A stretch of 42,997 bases of DNA from Craspedostauros australis (GCA_030167865.1 JALAGF010003946.1:1-42997); one strand, 5' to 3'; positions 24,274-35,367 are shown, counted from the first letter of the stretch. Notes: generated by a model not told the origin, from the letters alone. A program made the numbers and translations.

Positions 24274-25038
24274 ATGCAGAATTGTTTACTCTACTATGCT
24301 CTGGCACCAGCTCCAAGTTGATTTGAAAAATATGTTCGTCGCAAGAGGTTGATACCATCACTGTACTCGTTGCATACCAAACCAAACCATGCCTTTCTCG
24401 TTTGCGTCAGAGACTTTCAACCAACAACAGTATAATAGTTCGAATAGTATTGTAAAATGGGTTGTACGAGTATGGTGGAGAGGGAGGCACACATGATGCA
24501 GACAACGACCTACGACCTGCGAAACATTGCGAGATAGGCACACGGACAGACAGGCAGTCATTCTGGGGCATGGTGTCGTGATCGAGTATCTTTTCCACCG
24601 AACCCAATGACCTTCACGGGTCTCACAAGTTTTGAGGCAGACGTGAAGAATCCAAATCAAACGAGCTATCTGCAGCCAAGGGGGAGAGAGGAGAGATGTC
24701 AGCAGGCATCCTTGGTACGGCTGGCGCCTACGGTAACAGCAAGGATCAACGAGCCTCGGCACATGAACGAGTCTCAGCACCTGAACGAGTGCCCAAGAGA
24801 GCCAGAGACAGCAACACGGTCAATCACAAGCATCACACCGCGCGCTCCCTTGCCTGTGGGTCTGTGAAGACAGCAGCCAAAACATCAACCAACCCACCCA
24901 ACCGCAACCACAACAACAAACGGCAACAGCCCAAAATAGGAACAAACACTGCTCGTATCATATTCTCCATATAATCCATATTACACGTAGTCGTACGTCG
25001 TCGCACCACACACACTCCTCAGCGGCAATACGAGTAAG

Positions 25039-27021
25039 ATGTCAAATTCCAGCATCCCACCAAAGCACCCAGTGACGGCGCAAGTCCCGCCGTTGCCCAA
25101 CACCACCAGAGGAGAGCCATGTCCCTTGGATGGCAGCCCCGGCAGGATGAACGCGGACGCCCCCATCGTGTCCTACCCATCCGGAAAGCTGGCTGTCGTC
25201 CAGTCGTTGGATGCCTCCAAGAACCTCCCCAACTCCGATGCGCCCGTCCTCGTTTACCGCGGGCATCAGTACGCCACCTCCTGCGTCAAGGTCAGCACAT
25301 CCGGCGCCTACGTCGCATCCGGTGACTCTCGCGGCAAGCTCCGCGTGTGGGCGCTGGACCACGAGGAGCATCTCTGCAAGCTCGACACGCAGGCGCTGAC
25401 CTCCTCCGTGCGCGACATCGCCTGGGATGGCGAGAGCAAGCGCATCACCTTCGGTGGCGATCGCCTGGACGGACAGTCGGAATGCACGAAGGCCATCCAG
25501 TGGGACACGGGCGTCACCCAGGGCCTCCTGACGCAGCATCTCAAGGGAACATGCTGCGCCGTGGCCTTCAAGCCCAATCGCCCCTTCCGCGTGGTCACGG
25601 CAGGCAAGGAGGACGGCAAGTGCCACTTTCACAAGGGACCGCCCTTCGCCAAGATGCCGGTGGACAACTCCATTCCAAACGAGACGGCGCACACCAAGGG
25701 CATCAACTGCATCCGCTACACTTCCAACGGCGAGCTCGTGGCGTCCGTGGGTGGTGACAAGGCCATCTGCATCTACGATGGCAAGACCTTCGAGCTCAAG
25801 CAGAAGAAGGAGAACATCCACACCGGCACCATCTACGCCTGCGCATGGAACAAGGACAACGACAAGATCATCACGGCCTCCGCCGACGGAACCTGCAAGC
25901 TCTTCAAGGCATCCGCCAGCGGCATCGAGGAGGAGCACGTTTGGAAGGTGGCCGAGGCGCAGCTCGGCAAGCCTCTGGACGGGAAGGCACCGAAGGGTGG
26001 GCTACAGCTGGGTTGCGCCTTCCTTAACAACGGAACCGCCGTTTCCGTTTCCACCAACAACCAGCTCTGTATCCTCCCCATGCCAGGATCGTCCGATAAG
26101 ATCGAGATCGTGACGGGACACAACGCTGCCATCGGCGGCATCGCGTTCGACCATGCCAACGACGTCTTCTACACCGGAGACAGCGATGGTATTCTGTGCA
26201 AGTGGGATCTGAAGAACCTCAAGGCTCTCGAGCGCATTTGTCCCCTCGATAACTCCGGCTTGGACTACGTCGTGCACAAGGGGGCCATTAACGGTCTGAC
26301 GACCCTGAAGGACGGCTCCATGATGAGCGTAGGCTGGGACGACACTGCCATCTTCACCTCCAAATCCGGATCGTTGGATGATTCGAAGAAGGTGGACATC
26401 ACAGCACAGCCGACATCCGTTGCCACTGGGGGTGATGTGACAGCCATCGGAACCGTCAAGGGAATCATGATCATGAAGGGTGGCAAGCCGGTCGGAGATC
26501 TGGTTGCGACATCCTACACGCCGCAGGCTGTGTGCGTGTCGTCGGACGGCGCGACCATCTACGCTGGCGGAGACGACAACAAGATTTACGTCTACGATGC
26601 CGCCGGCAAGGAAAAGCATGTAATTGCAGATGGCCAATTGAAGCCGGTCCATTCCCTCGCCTTGAGCAACAACGGCAAGATGCTGGCTGCCGGAGACACG
26701 CGCGATGTCTGCGTGTACGACGTCTCCGATGGATACAAGCCGCTCATCGGCAAGTCCAAGTGGTGCTTCCACCTCCAGAAGATCACTTGCCTGTCCTGGT
26801 CGCCCGATGATAAGTACGTTGCCAGCGGTGGCAGTGACGACTCGATCTACGTCTGGTGCTTGGAGAAGAAGATGAAGCGAATCCACTACCAGTACGCTCA
26901 CCGTGGAGGCGTCGTCGGACTCAGCTTCAAGAAGGACGGACTCAAGTTGGTTTCGGCAGGCATGGATTCCTGCGTCGTGGAGTTCGATATCAGCAAGGAC
27001 GTTGCCGCCAAGTTCGGTTAG
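25039..27021 (+). CDS. AIP1: Actin-interacting protein 1 (AIP1/WDR1), WD40 double beta-propeller
   Basis: 660-aa WD40 ORF with AIP1-characteristic segments SGAYVASGDSRGKLRVW, DIAWDGESKRI, WDTG, FKPNRPFRVVTA, GPPF, W.FH..KITCLSWSPD..VASG..D.SIYVW. Strong codon bias. Confidence 0.9.
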   Translation: MSNSSIPPKHPVTAQVPPLPNTTRGEPCPLDGSPGRMNADAPIVSYPSGKLAVVQSLDASKNLPNSDAPVLVYRGHQYATSCVKVSTSGAYVASGDSRGKLRVWALDHEEHLCKLDTQALTSSVRDIAWDGESKRITFGGDRLDGQSECTKAIQWDTGVTQGLLTQHLKGTCCAVAFKPNRPFRVVTAGKEDGKCHFHKGPPFAKMPVDNSIPNETAHTKGINCIRYTSNGELVASVGGDKAICIYDGKTFELKQKKENIHTGTIYACAWNKDNDKIITASADGTCKLFKASASGIEEEHVWKVAEAQLGKPLDGKAPKGGLQLGCAFLNNGTAVSVSTNNQLCILPMPGSSDKIEIVTGHNAAIGGIAFDHANDVFYTGDSDGILCKWDLKNLKALERICPLDNSGLDYVVHKGAINGLTTLKDGSMMSVGWDDTAIFTSKSGSLDDSKKVDITAQPTSVATGGDVTAIGTVKGIMIMKGGKPVGDLVATSYTPQAVCVSSDGATIYAGGDDNKIYVYDAAGKEKHVIADGQLKPVHSLALSNNGKMLAAGDTRDVCVYDVSDGYKPLIGKSKWCFHLQKITCLSWSPDDKYVASGGSDDSIYVWCLEKKMKRIHYQYAHRGGVVGLSFKKDGLKLVSAGMDSCVVEFDISKDVAAKFG

Positions 27022-27155
27022 ATCGGAGTGAACAGTGGTGGAATAGAGTGCGTGGAGTACTCACAGCAACATGCGATTAATGCTATTGGCTCAATCCAAG
27101 TATGTTGCAACCTCGTCCTATTATGTTTGGAGTTTATAGATATATATCCATGTCT

Positions 27156-27157
<2 letters not shown>

Positions 27158-27190
<33 letters not shown>
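27158..27190. repeat. (AG)16 microsatellite
   Basis: Perfect AG run between the convergent AIP1 and sigma-factor genes. Confidence 0.95.
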
Positions 27191-27196
<6 letters not shown>

Positions 27197-27591
27197 AAGA
27201 GAAAGGATGCAACCATCACATCAGATGCCGCGTGTCACCGTACAAGCCGCACCGGCTGCTTCCAAAGAACTCTGGCAGTGAGTTTCGACTTGCGGTTGTG
27301 AGAAGCAGTTCGTTGGGAACGATGATCTATTCTTCCGAGTTTGTGGTATGCAAGCAGAAGGACAAACGAGAATAGACGTTGGATCGAGAATGGTAGCGTG
27401 AGCTGACGTCGGTCTAACTTGTTATGGTCATCGAATGACGTCTCAGTTCGCTTAGCCTGCTCAGCGAGTGTACCTGATGGATTGGTTCGCTTTGCATGTG
27501 TCGTCGGCATGTGCGTGATCGTCTCCACGACCGCATCACCCTCCCTGTTGCAATGGTCAACCTCTCCGCTAATACTTGTTGCGCACGTGCA

Positions 27592-29349
27592 TTACGCGAT
27601 ACTGAGAAGGTACTCCTGCAAACTCTCGGCCTCCTTGGCCGCTCTTAGCTTCTTCAAGCACTGCTGCGACAGCTGCTGCACGCGCGTTTGACTCAGCCCC
27701 ATGGCCTCGGCGCACTGGCTGAGGGAGCGCATCTGACCATCGTGCAATCCATATCGCAATCGCATCAACCGCGCCTCACGGGCATCGAGGTTGCGCGTCA
27801 TGGCGGCGACGACGTCGGCCCGCATCTGCGTGCGCTCGGCCAGATCCTCGTCGGCGAGGAATCGCTCGGACGTCAGGGACCCGGTGTCGGTGCCGCTCGA
27901 TGTGACGGATCGGTATGTGTAGTCGAGGGAGAGGGGGCGTTTGGCCTGCGACATGCGCAGCTTGATCTTGTGGATCTCTTCGGGTTTCAGGTTGGTGTGC
28001 TCCGCGATCTCGTGGATGGAGGGTGACTGCAGGTCCTTCTCGGCCTTGTAGATCTTGTTGTACTTGGCCTTTTCGCGCAGGGGTATCTTGAGGAGGTCGC
28101 CGGCGCTGGAGTTGCTGAGCTGTCCCTTGATCCAGATGGTGGCGTAGGTGGAGAAGCGGAGGCCCTTGGTGGGGTCGAATAGCTCGGCGGCACGGATGAG
28201 TCCCAGGCTGCCCTCCTGCACGAGCTCGTCGTAGGTGATGCCGGATGCCTTTTGCTTGCGGGAGAACTGCTGCTTGACGACGACGTGGACCAGGCCCATG
28301 TTGGCCTGCACGAGGTACTGCTTGGCGCTGCGGTAGCTGGCGACGGTGCGACGCAGCTCCTTGACGGAGGTGTTGGCCATCTTGGCCCATTCCTGCCTCG
28401 TTCGGATGCCGTGATCGTCCCGCATCTTCTCCAGCGCCACGCCGGCCTGGATCATCTTTCCGAGCTCGATCTCTCGTTCGGGCGTGAGCCGGGCAGTGGC
28501 CTTGTCTTTCAACGAGGAAGACGTTTCTATTCCTGCTTCTGCTAGTCTCGCTGCCGGCTTCCCTTTGCTTTTGGGGACCGTGGCTGGTGTCGAAGTGAGA
28601 CGCTGCTCACCGAGCGCGGCCATGACCGGTTGCGGCAGCTGCTGCGGGATGCTGGACATGGCGATCATCTCGAGGCGCGAGGCGTTCTGGGCATTGAGAA
28701 AGGCGATGGGCTGTTCCAACACCTGATCAATCTGCGTCTGCAGGCCTTCGTCGACAATCTCCGGGCCTGTGGATCTCTGCAGTTCCTGGAAGCTCGATAT
28801 GTCGAAGTCGTCCTGACCGCCATTCTCGAAGTAGATGCTGTGCATGCTCTGGTAGACATCCTGTTCCGTTCTGTGTGTCGGGAACGACCTCCGAAGCGAG
28901 GACCGTCTCTGTTCCGTTTCCTCTGCTGCTGGAGATGCTGTTGCTGTTGATTCTGCGGTTACTGTGATGGTTGGTGCCTTGCTCTTCGCAAGTGAGGGCT
29001 TCCGTCTTTGCCGCCTCAGTGCTGTCTTCTTCTTTGCCGCAGTCTTCTTTGCTCCCGTCTTCGACTTCGACTTGGATGTGGCTGTCTTCTTTGTTGCGAC
29101 CTTGCGCTTTCTGGTGGCAGTCTTCCTCGTGGGTGTCGTGACCGTCTCCATTGGTGCTATCCTCGTTGAGGTTCCCGGCGAAGCCCGAACCTGTCTTGCG
29201 GATGTGGCCACCACCATGGCGTCCACGGATGACATCATTGTGTATGCGCACGCGAGTGTGCAAAAGAGAACCATCATTTGCATGCGGTGGCCGTTGCTTC
29301 TGAAGCTCTTCTGGCACCTGGTGATGGCCGTCATCTCATTCGCTCTCAT
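27592..29349 (-). CDS. Nuclear-encoded sigma-70 family RNA polymerase sigma factor, probably plastid-targeted (alternative start 29283)
   Basis: Region 1.2 LTPEREIELGK, region 2 LVQANMGLV...DELVQEGSLGLIRAAELFDPTKGLRFSTYAT, region 3 PSIHEIAE...PLSLD, region 4 LDAREARLMRLRYGL...SLSQCAEAMGLS..RVQQL...LKKLR. N-terminal hydrophobic signal peptide followed by an S/T/R/K-rich segment. Confidence 0.92.
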   Translation of the reverse strand: MRANEMTAITRCQKSFRSNGHRMQMMVLFCTLACAYTMMSSVDAMVVATSARQVRASPGTSTRIAPMETVTTPTRKTATRKRKVATKKTATSKSKSKTGAKKTAAKKKTALRRQRRKPSLAKSKAPTITVTAESTATASPAAEETEQRRSSLRRSFPTHRTEQDVYQSMHSIYFENGGQDDFDISSFQELQRSTGPEIVDEGLQTQIDQVLEQPIAFLNAQNASRLEMIAMSSIPQQLPQPVMAALGEQRLTSTPATVPKSKGKPAARLAEAGIETSSSLKDKATARLTPEREIELGKMIQAGVALEKMRDDHGIRTRQEWAKMANTSVKELRRTVASYRSAKQYLVQANMGLVHVVVKQQFSRKQKASGITYDELVQEGSLGLIRAAELFDPTKGLRFSTYATIWIKGQLSNSSAGDLLKIPLREKAKYNKIYKAEKDLQSPSIHEIAEHTNLKPEEIHKIKLRMSQAKRPLSLDYTYRSVTSSGTDTGSLTSERFLADEDLAERTQMRADVVAAMTRNLDAREARLMRLRYGLHDGQMRSLSQCAEAMGLSQTRVQQLSQQCLKKLRAAKEAESLQEYLLSIA

Positions 29350-30693
29350 TGTCGGAATGGCGGTGGTTGTATTGGAGCGTGTTTCGATGGAGCGTATTGA
29401 GTCCAGTTGATGAGTTGTGTCAAAATCTCAAGGAATGTATGGTAATCGTATCGTGTACTCTCGTTTGGTATTATGGATGAGCGGACGATTGAATTATGAG
29501 GTTGGAAAAGTGAACCGTGATGCCTTCCCTGTCGGTCTGGCGATGCGATGCGGTGTGGTGTAAAGCGATGCAACGTCTGCCCTGGGAGCTGAAAGCTACT
29601 CCTTGATCGTGTCGTTGACCGTGTCCTCAATTGCCTTTGGTTCTCAAATTGTGACGTTGAAAGATACGCAGCAACTCCCTTTTCTTCCACCTCCTCGTGG
29701 TTGTGGTCGTGGTTGTGGTCGTTGTGTTTGTGGTGTTTGTGGCTACTACAATGCTGTGATGTGGCGGTGTGCCTTCTGATGTGGGAGGTGAGTCACTGAC
29801 TTCTTTCTCTCTCTCTCTCTCTCTCTTGTCGTACGTATTACAACACGTCGTGCCAGAGAGACAACAACAAGAATGTCGACGGACGTCGAGATGACGATGA
29901 TGCTGATGTCGATCCATGATGTGCTGGTTGTAGTTGTCTGCGTGTGTGGTCCTTGACATGCGTGACGAAAGAGATCGAAAACGTGCGACGTCGCTCCTGT
30001 TTCCGCGCTTGCGGAATCGTGTAATGACGGTTGGCACTGCGTTGCTCTCTTGGGTGCCAGCGACGCCACTCTGATGAGTTGGTTTCTCCGACGACACCCA
30101 AAGCACCACAAAGTGAACGTCGATCCTCGCCGTTTCCATCCTTCGCGTGTTCTCATTGGTTGATGGCAAATGTCACTTCACGTATTGTTCTGTTAATTGC
30201 TTACGAAGGTCACATTAAGCATGACATCATTCAACTACTGACGTGTGCCCATCTACGAGAAGTTCAGTAACACGTGGTGATTGCGATGCGTCAGAATTCT
30301 TTGTCCCTCGATCAATTGTTTTGGTCGCATTAGTCGTCATCTTGCGATCGATGAAACGTGGATACCACGTTCAATCCGAACGTACACGATTGGGATGTAT
30401 CGTTCCCGCCAAAACGCTGAATCACAAATCAACCAATCCAAACACAAGAGAGAAAGCAAAGATCGTGGTCGTTTCCAGAAAGGATGGTATCTTCGGTGTG
30501 ATGGGTCGACGAATCCGCATCCCGACAGTCGCCAGTGAGGCAAACACAGCAGGCAAAAGCATTTTAGTGCTCTACAATAATTGGCGGGAGAACATCATCT
30601 TTCATTCTTGTGGGGGTGTCGTGGGCTGTGGACCATCGGCTGCAACGATTTCATCGCATCGCATTACGTCGCGTCGCGTGGCATCGCAGAGTC

Positions 30694-31572
30694 ATGGTTG
30701 TCACCCAACGTGGGGATGTGGTCATGGTGCTGCTACAATGCCTTGCCTTCTTCCTCTGCGACGCATTCACCTCCAACGCTGGTGCATACACAACGGTGCC
30801 AGCACTATCGATCCATGCAAGATGGTATCACCGGAATCATCCTGCGCAGGGTGATGAATCGCCCACTCTCCTCCGTCTCAACGCCGACAAGCAGTTCGTA
30901 GATTTCTCATCACCTTCCGAATGGGAAGAATTCTACAAGTCAACATCAGCATCAGCGTCGTCGTCGTCATCCTCGGCATCTCCCGAAGGGTATGATGTCA
31001 CGGAATGGCATTCATCCATCTCGTTGCATCGGATAGCGGCTTACATCACGAACCCGAACGAAGGGAGACGGAACGATCCCATCCGCAATGACAACGACAG
31101 CGGCAATCCACACCACACACCAACCTGTTTGATGATCGGATGCGGAAATTCGCAGCTTCCCGACGCCGTGCTTCCGAATGCCGAGCTCACATTGTTGGAC
31201 ACCTCCCAAACCTGCTTGGAACAGCTGCGATCCAGCTACGGCGACCAAGTCCGCTACGTTTGCGGCAACGCCCTGAAGCTGTCCGATTGTCTACCGGCAA
31301 GCGTCACGTTCGATTCCATCCTCGACAAGGGACTCATCGATGCCTTGCTGTGTGGCGATGGCTGGGACTCCGATTTGGAGCGCCTGCTGCGGCAAGCCAG
31401 CAAGCATCTCGTGCCTCACCAAGGGCGTTACATCTTGATCAGCTACCGATTGCCGTGATCGACGCGAGAGTATATCGAGGAGATCGGAAAGGAGGTGGGC
31501 ATGGAATGGGAGTTCAACCTCGCGCCAGATTCCAACGACAAGGTGGGACTATCGATTGGGAGAAAGGTATAA
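30694..31572 (+). CDS. Class I SAM-dependent protein-lysine methyltransferase, EEF1AKMT4/METTL13-N-like, with plastid-type presequence; interrupted by an in-frame TGA at 31456-31458
   Basis: WEEFY...TEWH, motif I CLMIGCGNSQL, LLDTS, GNALKL, FDSILDKGLIDALLCG, GRYILISY. Presequence MVLLQCLAFFLCDA|FTS. The frame continues 37 codons past the TGA to TAA at 31570-31572; if the TGA is the real stop the CDS ends at 31458. Confidence 0.8.
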
Positions 31573-32229
31573 TATGATCGACCACCGGCAAGACAGCAAA
31601 TAGTACTACACAACGGGCGAGTTGAAAACCTATCAAAGCCAAGCTCAGCTATCAAGTTAAACACGATGCAGTATTCGAGAATATGGAAGCATTTAGGCAT
31701 TGAGACATTCCCACCCCTTGCGGTTTCCACAACATTCAGCAATGTATTATACGGGTATTGTTGCTTTGGTTGGGTCGTCATCCTTGAGATGGAGACATCT
31801 CCCTTCCGTGCAGAAGGGGGAAGTTGGCAACCGTCATCAAGTCATGAATGACGTACCGAGTCACGGATACGATCTTGCTTGGCTTTGTTGTTGGTCTTCT
31901 GCTTTCCCTCCACAACGAACCAGACAAACAAGAGTGCTCGTCAGCGTCGCGGAGACCAGCGCGTCTCTGCACAAATGAGGTCGGGTTGGATACAACAAGA
32001 CGCGACGAGAACAAGACAGTGCAATTGAAAGGAGCAGTGTCAAACACAATCAGGTGCAATGCGTTGAACAAGAACGGGGGTCAGAGTTGAGAGTTGTGTG
32101 TGTGAGAGAGAGCGTTCTATCCATTGGCCGAAGCACAAATCAGCACGAAAGCGGAAGCACAAGCGGAAGCAGATTCTCGCAGTTTGCAATTGCAGAATCT
32201 TCATCCAGAAGGCAGACAAGATTGCAACC

Positions 32230-34836
32230 ATGATGGCGCATGGACGCTCCCGTCACTGCTTCATCAAGGATGTTGTCTGTGTTGCCGCTTTGGCGATGTT
32301 GGCGTTGTCGCAAGCGGTCTGTGGAGGGTTCGTGGACGTTGACACACCCGCAGACAAACGAACGACCGTGTCATTCATCGATGGCACCACCTACGATCTC
32401 GTGAGTGTCCGTCACCACTTGTCTGCTCATTTCGTTGGTGATTGGTTTGCTTCCGCGCATGATGGATGCCCTCCGAATACTATTTTCACTACTGTGTGCC
32501 CATACAATTAATCATTCTCACACATTCGTGCACACTTGCGTGAACGCATTCATTCCTGCATTACTCCATTCAACTCCAACTCCAACTGACAGGTGATGTC
32601 CGATGAGTTCAATGTCCCCAATCGAACGTTCGCAGACGGCCACGATCCCATTTGGACAGCACTGGACAAGCCGGATGATGACGCCAGCGCGGCAGGCGGC
32701 GGGTCGTTGCAATTCTACAACTCCACGCAAGTCACAACCAAAGACGGGATGATGCACATCACAACGACGAGCGGCAAAACGGAGTGGTCGCGATATGACA
32801 AGGTCACGCAATCCCTCAAGCCGGAGGGCATGCAATTCAAATCAGGGATGGTCCAGTCCTGGGAAAAATTCTGCTTCACGGGCGGCATCGTTGAGGTCGA
32901 CGTCGTGCTGCCGGGCGATCCCGACATTGGTGGACTGTGGCCAGCGATATGGATGATGGGCAATTTGGGACGCGCCACGTATGAAGGATCGACGAACAAT
33001 CTGTGGCCATGGAGCTTCAATACATGCGACAGGGACCTGCAGAAGGCGCAGAAAATATCGGCCTGCAATGCGCAGAACCATTTCGGGATGAAACCGCATC
33101 AGGGGCGGGGTGCGACGGAGATCGATATCTTGGAGGTCATGGCTGGAAATTCCTACGGACAATCGTTGCCATCGACCATCCCGCCCGTGTCATTGCCGTA
33201 TGCCGACATGACGTTGCAGGTACGTTTCGTGGAGTGTCTGCTTCCATTTCTTGCATATGTATGTGACATGGTGTAGTGTAACGAAGGGTCGTTTGGTGAA
33301 TTGGTGACTTGATGATTTGATGGCATTATCTTTGCACGGGTTGGACCGGAACCAAGTGACTCACTATTTGCCTCATCGGTTCGAAACTGTGGCGGCGTGG
33401 GATGCAACGTATTCGAACAACTTCGTACATACGAGCAGGTGGCACCAGGAATCCCAAATCATCGCCCCAGCAACGGAGCTCAGCCTGTGCGACACAACAC
33501 CTATACGCAGAGTGGCACAGAATTGTGGTCGGCGCAATCGTGGTACGAAGGCCTCGAGATGCAGGCCAACACCTCCATCAATCCATTCTTTTATGGCACG
33601 TATCTGGGGGAGACAGAGCCGGGCGAGCCGGTCACGCGATCCAAAGACGAGGTGTTCCAGGCCGATGCAGTCGGTGCCATGCATCAGATGACGCGTTCCC
33701 ATTTCGAGCACCCACACACCTTCCGACTGGAGTGGCAACCCGGAGAGGGCGGACGGTTGGATTGGTTCACACAGACTCACAAGGTCAATGCGACACTTTC
33801 CAGGGTCGGCGATGGCGACGGAAAGGACTGGACCAAGGTCTTCACATTGAAAGATTCGTCCTTGAGAGATCTCATGGGATCGCAGATACCGATCGAACCG
33901 TCCTACCTCATCATGAATGTGGCCGTCTCGTCGACGTGGGGATTCCCGTACAGCGTCCCGGATAGCTGCAAGAACTGCTACGACTGCGATGATCCGAAGT
34001 GTGCCTGCAGGATACCGCCGGGATTTTGCGCCATGTTGCAGGACACCGATGTGAAGCTCTCCGTCGATTCTGTGCGCGTTTACCAAAGCCGCAATGATGA
34101 CGCCCACGTCGGTGCACCGCACACGCTCGGCTGCGATCCACCGGATTATCCCACAAAGGAATGGATCGAAGGACATTCCAGCCTGTACATGAGGAACGAT
34201 CCATTCTCATTGGAAGACAACGGTCCAATCCGCAAGGTGCAACGCGGAGGTGGGATATGCGTGCATAATTCGGACTGCGGGAGCAACATTCAGAACCCAG
34301 CGACAGCATCATCATCGTCATCATCCTCTGTGCAGACAGGTCTTCATACACAGCCACAACGGCAGACATCATTGAGTGGAAGAGGTCGGTGCGTCAGCTA
34401 CGATGATTTCGAGGGCATGTTCAGCCGGAATTCTCAAACGATGAATAATAAGAAGGAAGGCCATCACTTTCACGGTCCCTCCAACAAGGATGTCTTCGTC
34501 TGCCAATGCAACGAGGGCTACACCGGACCCCACTGTCTTGCGTTGGATCACGTGGACAATTCACCGAGCGCGCAAGAGAACAAAGACGTCGAGACTCTGT
34601 TCCAAGACATACCAGACTTTGCGCCGCCAATTGGATTGGCTGTCCCTGTGCTTGTGTTCGCATTGGGACTTGTGATCATCCTGATCTACTCCATGGGATC
34701 CAAGCGAAGGGGCGACGAGTATGGCATTGCAGTCCACGGCGATATCAAGGCGTACGAGTATGATGGCCCTCAGCGATCAACATTCGAGCCGGACCTCACA
34801 AGCAACGGGCTGGTCGTCACGGGGAGGAGCATATAG
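32230..34836 (+). CDS. KRE6/SKN1-like GH16 beta-1,6-transglycosylase (TGS-type, beta-glucan/chrysolaminarin branching); exons 32230-32400, 32593-33219, 33439-34836 (731 aa)
   Basis: YDL|VMSDEFN, SGMVQSWEKFCFTGG, GLWPAIWMMGNLGRA, WPWSFNTC, GRGATEIDILE (ExDxxE catalytic motif), TLQ|VAPG, IPIEPSYLIMN, VDSVRVYQ, GCDPPDYPTKEWI. Signal peptide, C-terminal EGF-like CQCNEGYTGPHC and a TM helix. Two phase-0 GT..CAG introns restore the conserved motifs. Confidence 0.92.
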
Positions 34837-35255
34837 TCGGAGCTTGGAATGGGCATGAAACGATACATCATAAGTACTCTAGAATATGTCAGCAATAGTG
34901 GTATGAGAAATAAGAGAAGGTTTCATCTCTCAAGAGCAAGAGCAAAACAGAGAGGAAGCGCCCATCGCAAACCCCTCCCATTGCAACAAGCACAACTACA
35001 CTCCATCGTAGCTCATGGTTGCGAAACGGAAAGGCCCTTGACTGATGAAGCAAACTATTAGAAGCTGATTCAGTATCTGTCTTCCAAACGATTCACGAGA
35101 AGAACAACGACTCGTGACTTGGTAAGAAAACTTGCGCATGTGTGAGAACACAGCAAGCAACGTCAACACGACAAAGCAAATCTTCGTCATCGCGATCACG
35201 ATGAGCGACAGCAAACACCAACACCGTTTCGCAAGCAACGAACCCCATTCCTCTC

Positions 35256-35280
35256 ATTTGATTTGATTTGATTTGATTTG
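35256..35280. repeat. (ATTTG)5 pentanucleotide microsatellite upstream of the acyl-CoA synthetase
   Basis: Read directly. Confidence 0.9.
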
Positions 35281-35367
35281 ATTGCACTGGACAAGATACC
35301 GAGTTGTTCAAAGACAGACATCCACAGCAAACTCATCTATTCCTAACAAACAGAGCTCGAAAGCACC

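Noticed and set aside
25042..26901. Two ~300-aa minus-strand ORFs
   Set aside because: Antisense shadows of AIP1.
31572..31625. SECIS-like primary pattern (ATGA-N12-AA-N27-GA) just after the methyltransferase TAA
   Set aside because: The spacing fits but the two arms of helix II do not base-pair, so I do not call a SECIS.
33320..33400. GGTTCGAAAC T-loop-like motif in intron 2 of the GH16 gene
   Set aside because: No cloverleaf; the T-stem and acceptor stem do not pair.
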